Shown here: positions 46,099 to 57,867 of the stretch, piece by piece
Layout: each line of letters opens with the position of its first letter
Position numbering within the stretch: the stretch's first letter is position 1
Assembly (NCBI GenBank): GCA_017934975.1
Contig: JAGBIM010000026.1
Span: 32,457-96,456, forward strand
Length of the DNA stretch: 64,000 nt
Origin: Clostridia bacterium
GTDB lineage: Bacteria; Bacillota; Clostridia; Oscillospirales; UBA644
Direction: 5' to 3'
The notes under the pieces: model-generated
What the model was told of the DNA's origin: nothing
The model's input: the letters and a program-made list of their open reading frames with translations, nothing else
Databases searched by the model: none
Made by a program: the position numbers and the translations under genes

Positions 46099-46136
46099 AA
46101 AAAAGGCACGCCCCTCCGCAAACCGGGAGAGGCGTG
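46099..46136 (-). terminator. Intrinsic terminator of the atp operon
   Basis: On the minus strand: cacgcctctcccgg-tttg-cggaggggcgtgcc-ttttttcg. Confidence 0.75.
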
Positions 46137-46145
46137 TTCCATTTT

Positions 46146-47830
<1,685 letters not shown>

Positions 47831-48631
47831 TTAATTGCCGCTTCCGGCAACGATTTCTGTAATTTCCTGCGTAATCGCCCCTTGACGGGCCCGATTGTAG
47901 GAAAGCTGCAATTCGTCGATCATTTCCTGAGCGTTCTTTCCTGCGGAATCCATGGCCGCACGGCGGGCGGCAACCTCGCAGGCAAAGCTTTCCCGTGCGT
48001 GAGCCACCAGAAGCCCCGCCACGTAGGTGGGAACCACCGAATTGAGAATCGTCAACTCGTCGGGCTCAAAAATCACGCTCCGTCCCTTTTGCTCCGAGGG
48101 AACCAAGGGCAACAGCTGGGTCACACGGGGCGTTTGGGTCAGCATGGAAACATATTCGGTGCTTACCACGCAAAGGCGGTCGAATTCCCCTTCCGTAAAG
48201 GCTTTACAGAGGTCCTGAGCCAAGGTCATGGCCTCGGCGGCGGAAAAGTGCTCCGAGGAGCGGATCTCGCCTCCGTAACGCTCGCAGGCACGTTTTCCGA
48301 GGGGGATAATTTTCGCCTCGGGATACTCCCGCATGAGGCGGAACACGTTGGCGTTGTAGCCCCCCGCAAGACCCCGATCTCCCGCAATGACCACCATGCA
48401 AAGTCGGTCCCCCTCCGCCTTACGCAGATAGGGACTTTTCTTGCAATCGGGGCAAAGAGTCAGAAGGGATACGGCCTCGGACAGAGCCGCGGAATATTCC
48501 CGACTCTTCAGCATAGCGTCGGTGGCGCGGCGGATTTTCGACGAGGCCACCAGCCCCATGGCCTTGGTCAGATGGAGGGTGGAATCTACGCTTTTGATGC
48601 GGGTGCGCAGGGTTTTAATATCCTGTCCCAT
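47831..48631 (-). CDS. atpG: F-type ATP synthase gamma subunit
   Basis: IKTLRTRIKSVDSTLHLTKAMGLVASSKIRRA..., C-terminal RQGAITQEITEIV. 266 aa, slightly short. Confidence 0.9.
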   Translation of the reverse strand: MGQDIKTLRTRIKSVDSTLHLTKAMGLVASSKIRRATDAMLKSREYSAALSEAVSLLTLCPDCKKSPYLRKAEGDRLCMVVIAGDRGLAGGYNANVFRLMREYPEAKIIPLGKRACERYGGEIRSSEHFSAAEAMTLAQDLCKAFTEGEFDRLCVVSTEYVSMLTQTPRVTQLLPLVPSEQKGRSVIFEPDELTILNSVVPTYVAGLLVAHARESFACEVAARRAAMDSAGKNAQEMIDELQLSYNRARQGAITQEITEIVAGSGN

Positions 48632-48635
48632 ACCC

Positions 48636-50129
48636 TTAACCTGCCAATTCCTTCAGTGCCGTTTCCAGCATTTCCACGTCGCTGTCTTCGTAATACCCTT
48701 CCGCAAAGCGGGTCAGAAGATCCCCGTATTTCCGCTGCAGCAGCGCGTAAAGATCGGCCTCGTATTCCTTAACCTTATTTACGGGCACCGCGTCCAGATA
48801 TCCGTGGGTCACGGCGTACACGATGGCCACCTGACATCCCACGGGAACGGGAGAGTTGCGGTTTTGCTTCAAAACCTCCACGATGCGGGCCCCCAACGCC
48901 AGACGGGCTTTGGTGTCCGCGTCCAGATCGCTGCCGAACTGGGCGAAGGCCTTCAGTTCCAGATATTGAGAATAGAGCAGCTTCAATTCCCCCGAAACCT
49001 TCTTCATGGCCTTCAGCTGGGCAGAACCGCCCACGCGGCTGACCGAAATACCCGGGTTAATAGCGGGCATAACGCCGGCGTGGAACAGCTCGGTTTCCAG
49101 GAAGATCTGTCCGTCGGTAATGGAAATGACGTTGGTGGGAATGTAGGCCGAAACGTCCCCCGCTTGGGTTTCAATGAGGGGGAGGGCCGTAATAGAGCCT
49201 CCGCCGAATTCGGGGGCCACGCAGGCCGCCCGCTCCAGAAGGCGGGAATGGAGATAAAACACGTCCCCGGGGTAGGCTTCCCGTCCGGGGGGACGGCGAA
49301 TGAGCAAGGAAAGAGCACGGTAAGCCACCGCGTGCTTGGAAAGATCGTCGTAAATAATCAGAACGTCCTTCCCCTGCTCCCGGAAATATTCCGCCATGGC
49401 ACAGCCGGCGTAGGGAGCGATATATTGCAGAGGCGCGCTCTGGGACGCGGAGGCGGAAACGATGATGGTGTAATCCATCGCCCCGTTTTCCTGCAACTGA
49501 TTGGCAAGACGCACCACGGAAGAGTTCTTCTGTCCGATGGCCACGTAAATGCAGATCACGTCCGAATCCTTTTGATTGATAATAGTATCGGTCACGATCT
49601 CGGTCTTCCCCGTCTGACGGTCGCCGATGATCAACTCGCGCTGACCGCGACCGATGGGAATCATACTGTCGATGGCCTTAATGCCCGTCTGCAAGGGCAC
49701 GCAGACGCTCTGCCGTTCGATGATCCCGGGAGCCTCCGCTTCGATGGGGCGGGTAGCCACGCTGTCCACGGGACCTTTCCCGTCGATGGGCTGTCCCAAA
49801 GCGTCCACCACGCGACCCAGAAAGCCTTCGCCCACGGGGACCGAAAGGACCTTGCCGGTGCGACGCACCACGGTGCCTTCCCGAATATCCCCACGGTCGG
49901 ACAAAACCGCCACGGAGACGGTCTCCTCCTCCAGATTCTGGGCAAGACCGTAAGAACCGTCTTCAAATTCCAACAATTCCCCCGCCATGCAGTTGGCAAG
50001 GCCGTAAACGCGGGCAATGCCGTCTCCGACCAGGATAACGGATCCCGTTTCGCTCATGTCGATGCGGGCACGGTACTGTTTGATCTGTTCTTTGATAATA
50101 TTGCTGATTTCTTCGGTTTTTCCGTTCAT
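48636..50129 (-). CDS. atpA: F-type ATP synthase alpha subunit
   Basis: Walker [29 protein letters not shown]. Confidence 0.97.
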   Translation of the reverse strand: MNGKTEEISNIIKEQIKQYRARIDMSETGSVILVGDGIARVYGLANCMAGELLEFEDGSYGLAQNLEEETVSVAVLSDRGDIREGTVVRRTGKVLSVPVGEGFLGRVVDALGQPIDGKGPVDSVATRPIEAEAPGIIERQSVCVPLQTGIKAIDSMIPIGRGQRELIIGDRQTGKTEIVTDTIINQKDSDVICIYVAIGQKNSSVVRLANQLQENGAMDYTIIVSASASQSAPLQYIAPYAGCAMAEYFREQGKDVLIIYDDLSKHAVAYRALSLLIRRPPGREAYPGDVFYLHSRLLERAACVAPEFGGGSITALPLIETQAGDVSAYIPTNVISITDGQIFLETELFHAGVMPAINPGISVSRVGGSAQLKAMKKVSGELKLLYSQYLELKAFAQFGSDLDADTKARLALGARIVEVLKQNRNSPVPVGCQVAIVYAVTHGYLDAVPVNKVKEYEADLYALLQRKYGDLLTRFAEGYYEDSDVEMLETALKELAG

Positions 50130-50653
50130 TGTTCCATCACCTTCTTTATATCGTCCATGCGACGGCGTAAGCTACCGTCGTAGACTTTCCCGTCCAGCGC
50201 CACCGTAAGCCCTCCGACCAGAGTCGGATCCACGGTGCAGGACAGGGTAACCTGCTTTCCCGAAAGGGATTCCAGGCGATTTTGCAATTTTTGCTTCTGT
50301 TCCTCGGTCAGTTCCATCGCAGAACAAACCTCCGCCGTGGCAACCCGAAGGGAGGCCTGATACAAAAATTCGTATTCTTCGGCGCAGGCGTCCAATTCCT
50401 TCAGATGTCCTCCCGAACAAAGGAGCAACAAAAAGGAGATCAGATCCTCGGGCAATTTCCCGTCAAAGGCCTGATGAACCAGCGCCGTCCGTTCGGTTTT
50501 GGGCACGGAAGGAGAGGCCAAGAGAAGCCCGTATTCGGGATTTTCGGCAAAAATCTGCGTGAGGGTCTTCAAACCTTCCCCGATTTCAGCGGCGTTTCCC
50601 GCTTCCCGCGCAAGGGAAAACAGGGCGGAAGCGTAGGCCTTATTCAGTTCCAT
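50126..50653 (-). CDS. atpH: F-type ATP synthase delta (OSCP) subunit
   Basis: Start at ATG 50653 (RBS gggagg, 8-nt spacer): [17 protein letters not shown]... It sits between atpF and atpA. Confidence 0.85.
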   Translation of the reverse strand: MELNKAYASALFSLAREAGNAAEIGEGLKTLTQIFAENPEYGLLLASPSVPKTERTALVHQAFDGKLPEDLISFLLLLCSGGHLKELDACAEEYEFLYQASLRVATAEVCSAMELTEEQKQKLQNRLESLSGKQVTLSCTVDPTLVGGLTVALDGKVYDGSLRRRMDDIKKVMEQ

Positions 50654-51170
50654 CGCCGTCGCCTCCCACGTCACGGAGGAAGGAGTCGATCAACGCGTCG
50701 TGATCCTCCCGACGGATTTCCCGCTGAAGCATCTTTTCCGCCAAGGCGGAAGAAACGTCCACCAATTCCTTTTTGATGTCCTCCGATGCCTTCCGACGCT
50801 CCAGTTCTGCGTTGGCTTCGGCGCGGCGCAGGATCCCCTCCGCTTTGCGGTTGGCATCCTCCACGATGGCGTCCCGACGGCGTTCCGCGTTGGCCTCCGC
50901 GTTTTTGACGATGCGGTCGGCCTCTTCCTCGGCGCCTTCCATTTTCCGCGCCCAGGCGTCCCGATCCGCTTCTGCGGCGGCCTTGGCTTCATCGGCGGCG
51001 GAATAAACCCGATCCACGGCACAGCGCCGTTCTTCCAAAACCTTTTTCAAAGGCTTATAAAGGAACTTTTTCAGGATCAGGAACATAATCAGAAGATTGG
51101 CAATGGAGATCAAAACCGACCAGATATTGACGGAAATCACATCCAGCGTTTGAATATCCAAGGGTTGCAT
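50640..51170 (-). CDS. atpF: F-type ATP synthase b subunit
   Basis: One N-terminal TM (VLISIANLLIMFLIL) followed by a long charged helix rich in A/E/R/K. Confidence 0.9.
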   Translation of the reverse strand: MQPLDIQTLDVISVNIWSVLISIANLLIMFLILKKFLYKPLKKVLEERRCAVDRVYSAADEAKAAAEADRDAWARKMEGAEEEADRIVKNAEANAERRRDAIVEDANRKAEGILRRAEANAELERRKASEDIKKELVDVSSALAEKMLQREIRREDHDALIDSFLRDVGGDGDGTE

Positions 51171-51189
51171 TTCGCATTCCTCCCACGGG

Positions 51190-51510
<321 letters not shown>

Positions 51511-52407
51511 TTACAGGGTTTTCTTTTTTCGGGCTTTGCGGGCTCTTCGAGCCTCAAATTCATCCACGTTGAAAGCGGATGAAACGTAGAGCATCGTCAG
51601 AGTTGCAAAAATGTAGGCCTGCAAAACGCCGCTGACCACGTCGAAATACAGAGAAAGGACGGCCGGGACTCCGATCCGAAGGAACGGAAATTCCCCGAGG
51701 ATCCCGGGCAACCAGCCCAGAACCAGAGAAGAAAGTCCCGCAAAGGCAGTCCCAATCAGCACGGAAATAATGGATCCCGAAAGAATATTTCCGTAATGAC
51801 GGAAAGCCATGGAAACGGGAGTCGCAACTTCGCTGATCAAGTTCATGGGGGCAAGAACCGCAACCGGATCCGCGAAGGATTTCACATATCCCCAAGGTCC
51901 GCACTTAAATTTGTAAAAGGTAATCAGCGCAAAAACCACCAAGGCCCATCCGGCAGTGACGTTCAGGTCCGAGGTAGGAGAAAAGAGCCCAAAAAGGGAC
52001 AAAAGACTGGAAAAGCAAGACAAAACCAGAATCGCACCGATAAAGGGGATGAACTGCAAAAAGCGCTCTCCCATGTTGCTATGTACCATATTTTCCAGTG
52101 CGTTGAAGGCCCATTCCAAAAGCAACTGTCGCTTGGTCTGAGCCTTAGGAGAAAGTCCGTGGGCCAGATACAAACACAGGAAAAACAGAGACACGATCAA
52201 AAGCCAGGAATTCACCTGCGCTTCGGAAATAATCAAATCTTGCAGGGGGAAACTTACCGTTGCAAAAACCTTCGCCCCGGAAATCGATATTCCCTCCGAA
52301 GGCGGGCTTGTCAAAACCTGCAACACGAGCGCACACACCAAAGGGAGGATCATTAAAATCAAAAGAATCGCATCCACCGCTTTAAAGCGGCGACTTTTGA
52401 TATCCAA
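51511..52407 (-). CDS. atpB: F-type ATP synthase a subunit
   Basis: Polytopic, with the conserved region MAFRHYGNILSG (essential Arg context). Sits in the operon position between atpI and atpE. Confidence 0.9.
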   Translation of the reverse strand: MDIKSRRFKAVDAILLILMILPLVCALVLQVLTSPPSEGISISGAKVFATVSFPLQDLIISEAQVNSWLLIVSLFFLCLYLAHGLSPKAQTKRQLLLEWAFNALENMVHSNMGERFLQFIPFIGAILVLSCFSSLLSLFGLFSPTSDLNVTAGWALVVFALITFYKFKCGPWGYVKSFADPVAVLAPMNLISEVATPVSMAFRHYGNILSGSIISVLIGTAFAGLSSLVLGWLPGILGEFPFLRIGVPAVLSLYFDVVSGVLQAYIFATLTMLYVSSAFNVDEFEARRARKARKKKTL

Positions 52408-52409
52408 CG

Positions 52410-52817
52410 TCAGGCACCTCCTTCTTTGTTTTCATCAATCCCACCGAACTTGGGACGGAACAACATGGCAACTTGCGGGAAAATCAGAGGAACCACGGCG
52501 GCAACCGTCTGAAAGACGGGGACCAGAACCCCCACAGCCGCAAAGACGACCAGCATCAGCAGTCGCAGGGTGTGGGAAAGACGGATCACCGTCTGGGCTT
52601 TCTTCGGATCGTTTTGGGAAACCGCGTGCTGCACGCCAATGCCCAACAGGAAAAAATTCAAAACCGCACCGGCTGCGCCCCAAAAATTGCCGAGCAAAAC
52701 CGACAATCCCCATTTTCCGAGGATCAAGAACACCGCCTGCATCAGCGCGCTTAAAATCAGCGTCCACAGGGCAACGTAGACCGTTTCTTTCCAAACGGCA
52801 CGGTCAATCTTTTTCAT
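52410..52817 (-). CDS. atpI: ATP synthase protein I (AtpI-like)
   Basis: 135 aa with four hydrophobic segments. It is the first gene of the atp operon. Confidence 0.7.
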   Translation of the reverse strand: MKKIDRAVWKETVYVALWTLILSALMQAVFLILGKWGLSVLLGNFWGAAGAVLNFFLLGIGVQHAVSQNDPKKAQTVIRLSHTLRLLMLVVFAAVGVLVPVFQTVAAVVPLIFPQVAMLFRPKFGGIDENKEGGA

Positions 52818-52864
52818 GGTCTTTCGTCCTTTCCAAGCAAGGGAAAAATGTTTCTATACCCTAT

Positions 52865-52893
52865 ATAATACCATATCCCAAGGAATTTGTCAA
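52865..52893 (-). promoter_or_regulatory. Sigma-A promoter of the atp operon
   Basis: On the minus strand: TTGACA (52888-52893), 17 nt, TATTAT (52865-52870). Confidence 0.6.
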
Positions 52894-52945
52894 GAAAAAA
52901 GCTTGTAAGATTTCGGAAAAGAATGAAAATCTTTTGGGTTTTCCC

Positions 52946-52974
52946 TTGCTTTTTCCGTCGAACTGTGATACAAT
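52946..52974 (+). promoter_or_regulatory. Sigma-A promoter of the lipid kinase gene
   Basis: TTGCTT (52946-52951), 17 nt, TACAAT (52969-52974). Confidence 0.5.
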
Positions 52975-53006
52975 AGTCTTACAGATCCTTTCAGGGAGGA
53001 ACTACC

Positions 53007-53927
53007 GTGAAAAAATTGTTGTTTGTTTACAATCCCCACGCGGGCAAAGCAAAGATCCGAGGCCTTTTGGGTGATCTGATCGCCGTTTTTGACGACGCCG
53101 ATTACGAGGTCACCGTCCGCCCCACCCGAAAAGCGGGAGACGCGGCGCAATTCGTGCGGAAATTTGCGGAGGATTACGACCGCATCGTGGTCAGCGGAGG
53201 CGACGGCACGCTGAACGAAGCACTTTGCGGCGTGTGCAACGCGGCGACAGACGGAAAACGGCGTCCCGAGCTGGGCTTCATCCCCACGGGCTCCACCAAC
53301 GATTTCGCAAAATCCCTGAAAATTCCCTCCGACCCCTTGGTCGCGGCCAAAATCGCCGTAACCGGAGATCTCTTCCCCTGCGACGCAGGCTCTTTTAACG
53401 GACACCCCTTCACCTACGTGGCGGCCTTCGGGGCCTTCACCAAGGTTTCCTACGCCACCCCCCAGAAAATCAAAAATCTCTTCGGGCATTTTGCCTATAT
53501 CATTGAAGGGGCAAAGGAATTGACCCACATCCGCGGGCTGAATCTGACGGTGCAGACCGACGAGGAAACCTTTTCGGGGAAATATCTCTACGGCATGGTT
53601 TCCAACGCCACCTCCGTGGGCGGATTCGACGGATTTTTCAACGATCTGAACGTGGCGCTCAACGACGGACTTCTGGAAGTGGTGCTGGTCAAGGAACCCA
53701 AGACCGTAGCGGAAAAAAGCGCCCTTTTGGCAGATCTGATGCGCATGAATATGAAATCCCGCTTCTTTACCACCCTCAAAACCAGACGCATCACCTTTGA
53801 AACTGCCGAAAACCTCCCCCTCCCCTGGACCCTGGACGGAGAATTCGGCGGAGAGCCGAATCTTGCGGAAATCTCCGTCATCCCCGAAGCATATTCCATC
53901 GTCGTGCCGAAGAGCGAAGAAAACTGA
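53007..53927 (+). CDS. dagK: Diacylglycerol/lipid kinase (DagK/YegS family)
   Basis: GTG start after gggagg. LLFVYNPHAGK, VVSGGDGTLNE, IPTGSTNDFA. Confidence 0.8.
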   Translation: MKKLLFVYNPHAGKAKIRGLLGDLIAVFDDADYEVTVRPTRKAGDAAQFVRKFAEDYDRIVVSGGDGTLNEALCGVCNAATDGKRRPELGFIPTGSTNDFAKSLKIPSDPLVAAKIAVTGDLFPCDAGSFNGHPFTYVAAFGAFTKVSYATPQKIKNLFGHFAYIIEGAKELTHIRGLNLTVQTDEETFSGKYLYGMVSNATSVGGFDGFFNDLNVALNDGLLEVVLVKEPKTVAEKSALLADLMRMNMKSRFFTTLKTRRITFETAENLPLPWTLDGEFGGEPNLAEISVIPEAYSIVVPKSEEN

Positions 53928-53936
53928 AACACGCAA

Positions 53937-53972
53937 AAAGCCTGATCTTTCCAAGAGAGATCAGGCTTTTAT
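53937..53972. terminator. Terminator hairpin after the lipid kinase gene
   Basis: aaagcctgatct-ttccaagag-agatcaggcttt-tat. Confidence 0.65.
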
Positions 53973-54016
53973 AAAACCGTAACTGTAGTTTTAATAAAAT
54001 ATAATTCACAAAAGGG

Positions 54017-54436
54017 TTATCGCTTAGCAACTTCCGCATTGATTTTATTGTAAAGCGTTTCCGACATATATACCATCGCTTCGATATGCACTTTGCCATT
54101 CGTTAAAAATAAAGTCAAAGAATCATTATTTACGCGTAATTCCCGTATATCGGAAAAACGATATACCCTTGTGTTTCCTAAAAAGGTTGTGTACTCAAAT
54201 TTCTCGTCGTCAAGAATCCGGATCGTTTGATTTTTCCAGCAAAGCCACATTGCAACCCCAAGTCCTCCGCAAAGGAGAACTCCAATCATCAATCCCCAAA
54301 TTTGTGTAACAAACGTTGCTACCAGAAATGCAACTGCCGCAGCATCAAGGAACAAACTGAAATATTTCAAAAAATCGGGTAAAAACATATCGGCACGAGG
54401 CGCCGTTTCACCTTTACGAGAGCTGAAAATCGTCAT
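54017..54436 (-). CDS. Hypothetical membrane protein (two TM helices plus a small soluble domain), in an AT-rich islet
   Basis: 139-aa ORF. FLDAAAVAFLVATFVTQIWGLMIGVLLCGGLGVAMWL. Its composition is visibly AT-richer than the flanking genes. No family recognised. Confidence 0.5.
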   Translation of the reverse strand: MTIFSSRKGETAPRADMFLPDFLKYFSLFLDAAAVAFLVATFVTQIWGLMIGVLLCGGLGVAMWLCWKNQTIRILDDEKFEYTTFLGNTRVYRFSDIRELRVNNDSLTLFLTNGKVHIEAMVYMSETLYNKINAEVAKR

Positions 54437-54499
54437 CGTGTTCCCTCCGTTTCATTAAGTACCTTTATTATATCATACTTTCATCAATAAGTCAAGAAG

Positions 54500-54670
54500 C
54501 AAACCTATATCCGCAACTTGTTGCGGTATATCATCGTTGCGAAAAGAAATGCAGCCTGCGGCTGATGAGATACACCTTCGGTGATGAAATACACGCGTAC
54601 CGCGTAATGATATGCCATTGCTTTCGCCATGGATAAAGAATCGACAGGTCGAAACCTGTCGATTCTTGTC
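54500..54670. repeat. Hairpin array 2a: consecutive short tetraloop hairpins separated by A/T-rich (T/A)GATGA(G/A)ATA-like motifs
   Basis: tatatccgcaa-cttg-ttgcggtata, cagcc-tgc-ggctg, cacc-ttcg-gtg, acgcg-tac-cgcgt, and a perfect gaatcgacaggt-cgaa-acctgtcgattc. Confidence 0.7.
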
Positions 54671-54733
54671 TATGGGCTACAAAAAAGATATTTTTGGCAG
54701 TTTTGCGTATGAATTCGAACTCTTGCGGTTATA

Positions 54734-54912
54734 GTGAAATCGTTCGCTTGCGCTCACGGTGAAATAATTTCCTTACGGAAATTGTGAAATATTGCTCCCG
54801 TTGGTCGCAATGTGAAATGAAATTTGCCCACATTCGCGAAGCGAATATTTCACATTTGCGGAGCAAATATTTCACAGCGAAGCTATTTCACTTGCCCGAA
54901 GGGCAAATTTCG
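54734..54912. repeat. Heptamer/hairpin array 2b: GTGAAAT x4 forward, then ATTTCAC x3 (plus one degenerate)
   Basis: GTGAAAT at 54734, 54759, 54784 and 54812. ATTTCAC at 54847, 54869 and 54885; ATTTCG at about 54906. Spacer hairpins are ttcc-ttac-ggaa, ttcgc-gaa-gcgaa, tttgc-gga-gcaaa and ttgccc-gaa-gggcaa. Confidence 0.8.
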
Positions 54913-54914
54913 TT

Positions 54915-54948
54915 GAAAAAAGCACTTGCCGAAGCAAGTGCTTTTTTC
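54915..54948. terminator. Bidirectional terminator immediately 3-prime of tRNA-Val
   Basis: aaaaaa-agcacttgc-cgaa-gcaagtgct-tttttt. Confidence 0.8.
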
Positions 54949-55025
54949 TGGTGGAGGCAAAGGGACTCGAACCCATGACCTCTCGCATGTGAAGCGAGCG
55001 CTCTAACCGGCTGAGCTATGCCTCC
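54949..55025 (-). tRNA. tRNA-Val (anticodon CAC), CCA encoded
   Basis: Reverse complement GGAGGCATAGCTCAGCCGGTTAGAGCGCTCGCTTCACATGCGAGAGGTCATGGGTTCGAGTCCCTTTGCCTCCACCA. The 7-bp acceptor, D arm GCTC/GAGC, anticodon stem CTCGC/GCGAG with loop TTCACAT, and T loop TTCGAGT were folded by hand. Confidence 0.9.
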
Positions 55026-55043
55026 GTTTTTCGGTACTTTAAC

Positions 55044-55072
55044 AGTATAGCACAAATTTTCCGAAAATGCAA
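55044..55072 (-). promoter_or_regulatory. Sigma-A promoter of tRNA-Val
   Basis: On the minus strand: TTGCAT (55067-55072), 17 nt, TATACT (55044-55049) preceded by TGtGc. Confidence 0.55.
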
Positions 55073-55102
55073 GGGGCGTATGTAAAAAAATTTCAACAAA
55101 TT

Positions 55103-55144
55103 CAAAAAGAAACCGAGGGTCTCCTTCCGAAGAAGGGGACCCTC
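55103..55144 (-). terminator. Intrinsic terminator of the P-type ATPase gene
   Basis: On the minus strand: gagggtcccc-ttcttcggaa-ggagaccctc-ggtttcttttt. Confidence 0.7.
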
Positions 55145-55153
55145 TTGCTTGCT

Positions 55154-57781
55154 TTACTTTTTTCGGATGAGCCGTCCCGCAAGCTTGACAACCTCCACGA
55201 TCAGGAGGGGCGCCACGATCAGACCTGCGCCGATGAGATAAAGCTCCAAAGAGAGCAGTTCCAGACCGAACAGGTGTCGCAACGGGGTAAACAGAACCGC
55301 AGCCATGAGGGCAAAGGCGGCCAACACCGAAAGGTTGACGAATTTATTGTTGAAAAATCCGATGGAAAAGACCGAACGGTCGGTGCGCATGTTGTAGGTA
55401 TGTACCGCCTGAGAAAGGGCAAGAACCATGAAGGCCATGGTCTGGCCTGCCTTCAAAGAGCCCGTAACGTGCCATGCGTACCAGAACCCAAAGAGAGTCA
55501 GAACCGAGAACATCAGTCCCTGCAGGACGATGCGCACCCCCAGCCCGTGGGCAAACAATCCCTCGCTCTTGGGCTTGGGCTTCTGCTCCATCACGCCCTT
55601 TTCGATGGGCTCCATGCCCAAAGCGACGGCGGGAAGGCTGTCCCCCACCAGATTGATCCAAAGCAGATGCATGGACAGGAAGGGGGAAACGTGCCAGACC
55701 ATCATGGCAAAAAAGACGGTGATCACTTCGCTGATGTTGGTCCCCAGCAGGAAGCCCACCACCTTGCGCAGGTTTGCGTAAATGCCGCGCCCCTCCCGCA
55801 CGGAGTCCACGATGGTGGAGAAATTATCGTCGGTCAGGGTCATATCGGCGGCGCCCTTCGCCACGTCGGTGCCCGTTATGCCCATGGCGCATCCGATATC
55901 GGCGGCCTTCAGAGCAGGCGCGTCGTTGACGCCGTCTCCCGTCATGGCAACCACCTGGCCTTTTCGCTGCCAGGCGCGGACGATGCGGATCTTGTTTTCG
56001 GGCGAAACCCGGGCGTACACGGAAATCTGTTCCAGAACCTGATCGAATTCCCGATCGTTCATGGCGTCCAGCTCCGCCCCCGTAATGGCTTTGTCTTCGG
56101 GCAAGAGAATGCCCAATTCACGGGCGATGGCAGAGGCGGTGACCACGTGGTCCCCCGTAATCATGACGGGCTTGATTCCCGCCTTGCGGCAGGTTGCAAC
56201 GGCAACCTTCGCTTCGGGACGGGGAGGGTCGATCATCCCCACCAGACCGAAAAAGGTGAGCCCCTGCTCCAGTTCCGCAGAGGTGGCTTCGACGGGCAGA
56301 GAATCAATTACTTTATAACCTACGGCCAGAACGCGCAGAGCGTTTTGGCTCATGGATTCGGTATGCAGACGCCCCGCTTCCAGATCCCCCGCAACGCAAC
56401 GGGAGGCCATCATATCAAAAGCACCCTTGACGATGACCACGTTTTGCCCGTCGATGCGGTTGACGGTGGTCATCAGTTTCCGATCGGAGTCAAAGGGAAT
56501 GACCGCCAGACGGGGGTACATATCGTTCAGGTCCTCCTTTTCCAGCCCGTTTTTATGGGCGGCAAGGACGATGGAGGTTTCGGTGGGATCCCCGATGTGC
56601 TTCTCCTCGCCTCCCTCAAAGGAAACGGTTCCGTCGCAACAAAGGGTGGCGTAGGTGAGCAATTTACGCACCGTTTCACTGTTTTCGGAGGAAATCTCTT
56701 CTTCACCGAAGCCGTCCGCGTAAGCCTTGACCAAGGTCATGCGGTTCTGGGTCAAGGTCCCCGTTTTATCCGAACAGATAATGGAAGCGCTTCCCAGGGT
56801 TTCCACGGCGGGAAGACGGCGGATCAGCGCGTTTTTCTTCACCATCCGCTGAACGCCGATGGAAAGGACGATGGTCACTACCACGGGCAACCCTTCGGGA
56901 ATGGCGGAAACCGCAAGAGAAACGGAGGTCATGAAGATCTCCATTACGGGGATCTCATTGAGCAACCCCACCACGAACACGATCGCGCAGGCCGCAAGGG
57001 CAACGACGCCGAGATATTTACCCAGCTGGGCAAGCTTTTTCTGCAAGGGCGTCTGGCTGTCCGACTCGTCGTCCAGGAGATTGGCAATTTTACCCATTTC
57101 CGTGTCCATCCCCGTGGCAGTGACCACGGCGGTGGCGGTGCCGTAGGTAATGGCACAACCGGAAAAGACCATATTATGGCGGTCCCCCAAGGGTGCAAGC
57201 TCCGCAACTTCTGCCTCCGCATCCTTTTCACTGGGAACCGATTCCCCCGTCAGAGCGGATTCTTCACTCTTCAGACCCGCACTTCGCAGCAGGCGGGCGT
57301 CGGCAGGAACGAAATCCCCGGCTTCCAATATAATAATATCCCCGGGAACCAACTGTTCCGCGGCAATCACCTGCTCCGTGCCGTTGCGCAACACGCGGGC
57401 GTGGGGAGCGGACATATTTTTCAACGCGTCCAGGGCCCGTTCCGCCTTACTCTCCTGCAGCACGCCCATAACGGCGTTAAAGACCACGATAAAGACGATC
57501 AGCGCAGGCTCAAAGAACTCAATCGCCCCCACTTCGCCCTTGCTGAACTCTACGCCCACCGTCACGAAGGAAACCGCGGCGGCGGCAAGAAGAATCAGGA
57601 TCATCACGTCCTTGAATTGATCCAAAAATCGCCGAAAGGTGGTTTTCTTCTTTTTTTCCTTTAAGCGGTTGAGCCCGTGCTTTTCCCGCAGAGCGGAAAC
57701 CGACTTTCCGTCCAACCCCGTCTCGGGATTGACTCCACAGGACTTGAGAACCGCTTCCCGGCTCAAATGATGCACTGTCAT
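55154..57781 (-). CDS. Cation-transporting P-type ATPase, P2 (Ca2+-ATPase-like) subfamily
   Basis: 875 aa. Phosphorylation site CSDKTGTLT, TGES, MITGDH, hinge MTGDGVNDAPALKAADIG. About 10 TM segments. Confidence 0.9.
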   Translation of the reverse strand: MTVHHLSREAVLKSCGVNPETGLDGKSVSALREKHGLNRLKEKKKKTTFRRFLDQFKDVMILILLAAAAVSFVTVGVEFSKGEVGAIEFFEPALIVFIVVFNAVMGVLQESKAERALDALKNMSAPHARVLRNGTEQVIAAEQLVPGDIIILEAGDFVPADARLLRSAGLKSEESALTGESVPSEKDAEAEVAELAPLGDRHNMVFSGCAITYGTATAVVTATGMDTEMGKIANLLDDESDSQTPLQKKLAQLGKYLGVVALAACAIVFVVGLLNEIPVMEIFMTSVSLAVSAIPEGLPVVVTIVLSIGVQRMVKKNALIRRLPAVETLGSASIICSDKTGTLTQNRMTLVKAYADGFGEEEISSENSETVRKLLTYATLCCDGTVSFEGGEEKHIGDPTETSIVLAAHKNGLEKEDLNDMYPRLAVIPFDSDRKLMTTVNRIDGQNVVIVKGAFDMMASRCVAGDLEAGRLHTESMSQNALRVLAVGYKVIDSLPVEATSAELEQGLTFFGLVGMIDPPRPEAKVAVATCRKAGIKPVMITGDHVVTASAIARELGILLPEDKAITGAELDAMNDREFDQVLEQISVYARVSPENKIRIVRAWQRKGQVVAMTGDGVNDAPALKAADIGCAMGITGTDVAKGAADMTLTDDNFSTIVDSVREGRGIYANLRKVVGFLLGTNISEVITVFFAMMVWHVSPFLSMHLLWINLVGDSLPAVALGMEPIEKGVMEQKPKPKSEGLFAHGLGVRIVLQGLMFSVLTLFGFWYAWHVTGSLKAGQTMAFMVLALSQAVHTYNMRTDRSVFSIGFFNNKFVNLSVLAAFALMAAVLFTPLRHLFGLELLSLELYLIGAGLIVAPLLIVEVVKLAGRLIRKK

Positions 57782-57806
57782 GTTTTACTTTTCCTCCTAT
57801 TATAAT

Positions 57807-57838
57807 AAAAAAACGAGTACAGTTTTCACTATACTCGG
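57807..57838 (-). terminator. Terminator hairpin forming the expression platform of the Mn riboswitch leader
   Basis: On the minus strand: cgagta-tagtgaaaactg-tactcg-ttttttt, about 25 nt before the ATPase RBS aggagg. Confidence 0.7.
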
Positions 57839-57867
57839 TATCGGGTTTCTTTGGGGACACCACGCAT

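Noticed and set aside
47831-48631. The somewhat short ATP synthase gamma subunit (266 aa) as a possible pseudogene.
   Set aside because: The frame is intact from a good start to the conserved C-terminal helix (RQGAITQEITEIV). It is tightly spaced with atpA and atpD, with no frameshift signature.
54784-54978. A 64-aa plus-strand ORF in the array-2 region.
   Set aside because: It reads straight through the GTGAAAT/ATTTCAC repeats and the terminator and runs into the tRNA-Val gene. It has no RBS.
54017-55025. Intact integrative element or prophage at tRNA-Val.
   Set aside because: There is no integrase, excisionase, replication or structural gene here. I could see no duplicated tRNA 3-prime fragment at the far end of the islet. 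At most this is a decayed remnant, which is reported as a finding with that caveat.
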